Position numbers and translations under genes: made by a program
Assembly (NCBI GenBank): GCA_963810935.1
Contig: CAWEPK010000008.1
Coordinates: 480,001-544,000 of the forward strand
From: an uncultured delta proteobacterium
Lineage (GTDB): Bacteria; Desulfobacterota; Syntrophorhabdia; Syntrophorhabdales; WCHB1-27
DNA: 64,000 nucleotides
Direction of reading: 5' to 3'
Notes under the pieces: generated by a model
What the model was told of the DNA's origin: nothing
The model's database searches: none
The model's input: only the letters and a program-made list of their open reading frames with translations
Part shown: positions 60,980 to 64,000 of the stretch, in pieces
Layout of the letters: every line of letters starts with the position of its first letter
Position numbering within the stretch: position 1 is the stretch's first letter

Positions 60980-61933
60980 ATGAACATAAATCTGAACCAA
61001 CTCAAGGCTTTTTACCTCGTTGCAAAGAACGGAACCTTCTCCAAAGCTGCCGATGAATTGTTCGTTACCGAGCCTGCGGTTTTCGTCCAGGTGCGCACGC
61101 TTGAGCGGTGCCTCGGGCTGAAGCTCCTCGATAAATTCGGAAAGGACCTGCGGCTTACGGAGATCGGGAGGCTGCTTTACGGGTACGCCGGCAGGATTTT
61201 CAGCATAGTCGATGAGGCCGAAACGGCGATAAAGGACATCGGGGCGCTCAATAAGGGGGAGCTGAGGGTTGGGACCACAAGCACCCTTGCCGAATATCTG
61301 CTGCCCCTCATACTCCCCGCTTTCAGCGCAAGCCACACGAAGGTCCAGGTGTACCTCGAAGAGACGAACTCCGGCCAACTGGTGAAAGGCGTCCTTGCGC
61401 ACCAGTATGAAATGGCTATCGTGGCAAGGGTAGCCTACCCCGACACTATCGAATACACGACGCTGAGCAGAGATGAAATCCTTCTCGTCGCCTCGCCGGA
61501 CGACAGCCTCGCACAGAAGCAGCGGTGCTCGCTCAAGGAGCTGAACGGTTACCCGATGATATGCCGCGACGTGAAATCTGCGACGAGGCAAGCGGTATGG
61601 AAAGAGTTCGTGAAGAGAGACATCAAGCCCTCCGCTGTCATAGAGGCAGCCAATACGGAGTTGATCAAGAGGCTCGTGGCGAGCGGCAGGGGCGTCTCTC
61701 TCCTTTCGGAGGTATGCGTCAAGAAAGAGATAGAGCGCGGCGAGCTGGCCGCCATACCCATTGCTGAAGGGCCTTTCTTCCTCGATATCGACGCGATCTA
61801 TCTGAGGGGCAGGACGTTATCGCCCGCGGCGGCTTCCTTCCTCAGCTTTCTCCTTAAAACAGGCACATCGGAAAACCTGAACCACTTCGTGGGGGTTATG
61901 AAGGGTAGGAAACCCCTGGTCGCTTTATCCTGA
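60980..61933 (+). CDS. LysR family transcriptional regulator
   Basis: N-terminal HTH (FSKAADELFVTEPAV..LE..LG.KL) plus substrate-binding domain; divergent from the operon. Confidence 0.95.
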   Translation: MNINLNQLKAFYLVAKNGTFSKAADELFVTEPAVFVQVRTLERCLGLKLLDKFGKDLRLTEIGRLLYGYAGRIFSIVDEAETAIKDIGALNKGELRVGTTSTLAEYLLPLILPAFSASHTKVQVYLEETNSGQLVKGVLAHQYEMAIVARVAYPDTIEYTTLSRDEILLVASPDDSLAQKQRCSLKELNGYPMICRDVKSATRQAVWKEFVKRDIKPSAVIEAANTELIKRLVASGRGVSLLSEVCVKKEIERGELAAIPIAEGPFFLDIDAIYLRGRTLSPAAASFLSFLLKTGTSENLNHFVGVMKGRKPLVALS

Positions 61934-61952
61934 CGAACACAAATCCCTTAGA

Positions 61953-63102
61953 TTATTGAGACATCTCCCACCTGCTTTCCATCAGATGGCGGAGGTGTTC
62001 CGACGCCAGAAGACCGAATTTCGGGTCGTTGACCGAGAGGTCGACGCTTATCAATTGGTCGGCCCTTACGAACCTCTTCAATTGCCTCTCGAAAACCTCC
62101 ATAATGGCCGGGTCATAGAACGACCTGCCCTCGTCGCCAGGCAAGGACCACCCCTTCAGTGGGATGAGAAAGAGCATATGCTCCGGCTTCGCCTCCATGA
62201 CGATCTGCCCTATCCATCGGGCGGCCCGGACCACTTCCTCCGCTGTCGCCTTGAAAGCCCATCTGAAATCATGCCTGAAAAGGTTCCTCTTCCTGAAGCG
62301 CGCGGGCGCTACGCCTGCCTTCGGCATACATGCCACTGCATCGAGCGCGCCCGGCGCGAGCACCGCCGGGATGTCATTCGACAGATAAGAGCGCAGCCTC
62401 TCCCGGTCGATCTTGCCGTAGTCCCCTCCTGCCACGAAGTCGATCACGTCGTGCAGCGTAAGGTCGAGGACGCCCGCAAAGAGGTCCGTCGTCCTCATCA
62501 GCTCGGCCATGGCCATTGTGCTCTCGCCCGCCGCATGGAAGGGGACGAGGTTGAAGTTCTTCTCCCGCCAGAAGGCCTTTACCTCTTTCGTGTAGACGTC
62601 CGTCAGCCCTATCGCAGTGATGGCGACGGACGTGCGGCCCACTCGCGGCAGGACGCCGTCCATAGCCGTGAGCGCCTTCGCCGCGTTCGACAGGACCGCC
62701 TTCGACAGGCTCGTTCAGGGAGCCGAAATCACACGGCGACTGTATGTACGTTATATCTTTGTGGTTCCTGAAGGCGGGGAGGCTGTTTGCGATCATGGTC
62801 GATACGATCACCTTCGGCATCATGAGGGGCAACCGTTCCATGACCCCGGCAGCCATGAAAAGCATCGTGCCGCCGCCCACGGCGATGGCGCCCGCCTGAG
62901 CCTCCCTCTTCATGACCTCGTTCAGCTCTTCAACGGCCGTGTTCCTCGCGGCCGCTATGGAAGCGTCCCTGGACTCGGACATTACCCGCGAGGAGGCGTC
63001 GATCTTAGTAGGGGTGTGACCCAATCGCCTGATTTCGTCGCAAAGAAAATCAAGCTCTTCGCCCTTCGTATTCCACGTCCCGAGGACCACGTAAGACGAC
63101 AT
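61953..63102 (-). pseudogene. Tm-1-like protein (UPF0261), copy 3, frameshift near 62703
   Basis: LGTWNTKGEE and LPLMMPKVIVST, then after a one-base shift KAVLSNAA..FHAAGE..PGALD..PLKGWS. Confidence 0.8.
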
Positions 63103-63248
63103 GATAAACAATATTAACAAATTTCGAAAAGAAAGTAACATAAATTACAAACACCTATGTATTTATTTTAATTCTATCCAGGTTTAACAATCGTCCAGAA
63201 GGACTACACTGGCCGTGCATAAAGAAATACCAGGCCCATTTCACGGAG

Positions 63249-63509
63249 CTAATTTTCCTTGGAGTCGCGCCTTGCTCCCGGGCTCAGCCAGTAGAAGCTG
63301 GAGACGTCGCCGGTGTTGCTGCCCAGGGCACTGAGATAACCGGTATAGATAGCATATGCACTGGAACCAGGGTCAAGACTGATGATTCCCGAGAGGCCGT
63401 ACGCACCCGTGGGCGTACCACTTGGACCGCCTGTTATTACGTTCCATATGGCCACCTGGAGGGCTACCTGTTGATTCCATGTGGTGGCTCCGGCGCCATT
63501 CCCTGTCAA
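63249..63509 (-). pseudogene. Fragment of a secreted surface protein (ALQxAIW motif, PEP-CTERM/TQXA-like)
   Basis: QQVALQVAIWNV and Gly/Ser-rich composition. No signal peptide or sorting signal, and an upstream in-frame stop. Confidence 0.4.
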
Positions 63510-63639
63510 TTTATGGCAAATCAGATAGCAACGCTAACTTGCCCGGCCGGCGCTTGTCCGCCCATCTCTGGTTCATGCTCTTTGCCTTTTCTTTACCGTT
63601 ATGTTAAAATTTCCGCATAGATGCCTGGAAAGTGCAAGA

Positions 63640-63662
63640 TTCAAATCTCTATCTTTCCGCCA
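63640..63662 (+). repeat. Degenerate copy of the tRNA-Ser 3' end (putative att site)
   Basis: TTCAAATCTCTATCTTTCCGCCA versus TTCAAATCCCTCTCTCTCCGCCA: 3 mismatches in 23. Confidence 0.65.
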
Positions 63663-63702
63663 TCTTATGCACCTCGCTCTGTAAGCGCGTTGATTTTAAG
63701 GT

Positions 63703-63797
63703 GGCCGGGCCCTGCGCAACGTGAAGGTTACAAACCCCGTCAGGTCCGGAAGGAAGCAGCGGTAGTAGCTTCTCCGTGTGCCGCAGGTCGCCTGGCC
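63703..63797 (+). ncRNA. ffs: Signal recognition particle RNA (small type)
   Basis: Conserved helix-8 sequence TCAGGTCCGGAAGGAAGCAGC within a long hairpin closed by GGCCGGGC/GCCTGGCC; upstream of dnaX. Confidence 0.95.
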
Positions 63798-63892
63798 TTT
63801 ATATTTAGATAGGGACCATCCGGCGCCGGAAAGGAAGGCGGCGACCGGTGTGGCGGCTGAGGGTATGCATGCCCGTCGCACTGTCTTAATCC

Positions 63893-64000
63893 ATGAAAGA
63901 TAAAGAAGACTATAAAGTAATCGCGCGGGAATGGAGGCCGAAGAAGTTCGAGGACGTGGTCGGGCAGCCGCATATCGTCACGACCCTCAGGAACTCCATC
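63893..64000 (+). CDS. dnaX: DNA polymerase III subunit gamma/tau, 5' end only
   Basis: [36 protein letters not shown] matches the DnaX N-terminus; follows ffs. Confidence 0.93.
   Translation, partial: MKDKEDYKVIAREWRPKKFEDVVGQPHIVTTLRNSI

Larger units (their letters stand above)
5394..63662. mobile_element. Putative decayed genomic island integrated at tRNA-Ser
   Basis: Flanked by the tRNA 3' end and its degenerate copy. Cargo is accessory and includes gene remnants; core genes resume outside. No integrase seen. Confidence 0.5.

Noticed and set aside
5394..63662. Active integrative element or prophage
   Set aside because: No integrase, transposase, conjugation or phage genes are recognisable, and the att-like copy is degenerate.

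Overview
A GC-rich bacterial window. The gene content (Sec-formate dehydrogenase, HdrA/MvhD, Bam-like and phenylphosphate-synthase-like genes) suggests an anaerobic Desulfobacterota or Syntrophorhabdaceae-like organism; this is inference, not a database result. Core-type genes flank the window: EF-G paralog, selenocysteine FDH with SECIS, fdhD and tRNA-Ser(GGA) on the left, SRP RNA and dnaX on the right. The ~58 kb between them is bracketed by the tRNA-Ser 3' end (5371-5393) and a degenerate 20/23 copy of it (63640-63662), which suggests an old, integrase-less genomic island. It carries three modules. (1) A group-4-capsule-like polysaccharide locus with an ops element and a GDP-mannose 3,5-epimerase next to an RGP/GT75-like mutase. 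(2) A molybdenum-hydroxylase/UbiD/Zn-ribbon/MFS catabolic unit. (3) The best candidate for an undescribed system: a tightly packed 16-gene, ~19 kb operon divergent from a LysR gene. It joins two phytoene-desaturase-like flavoproteins, a DUF89 phosphatase, an SDR, a PpsAB-like dikinase pair and Tm-1-like proteins to a BamC/D/E/MvhD-like electron-bifurcating module, in which a conventional AOR-type tungsten enzyme replaces BamB. At least seven genes in the island carry single-base frameshifts (assembly errors or decay). All family assignments come from motif recognition, without database searches.
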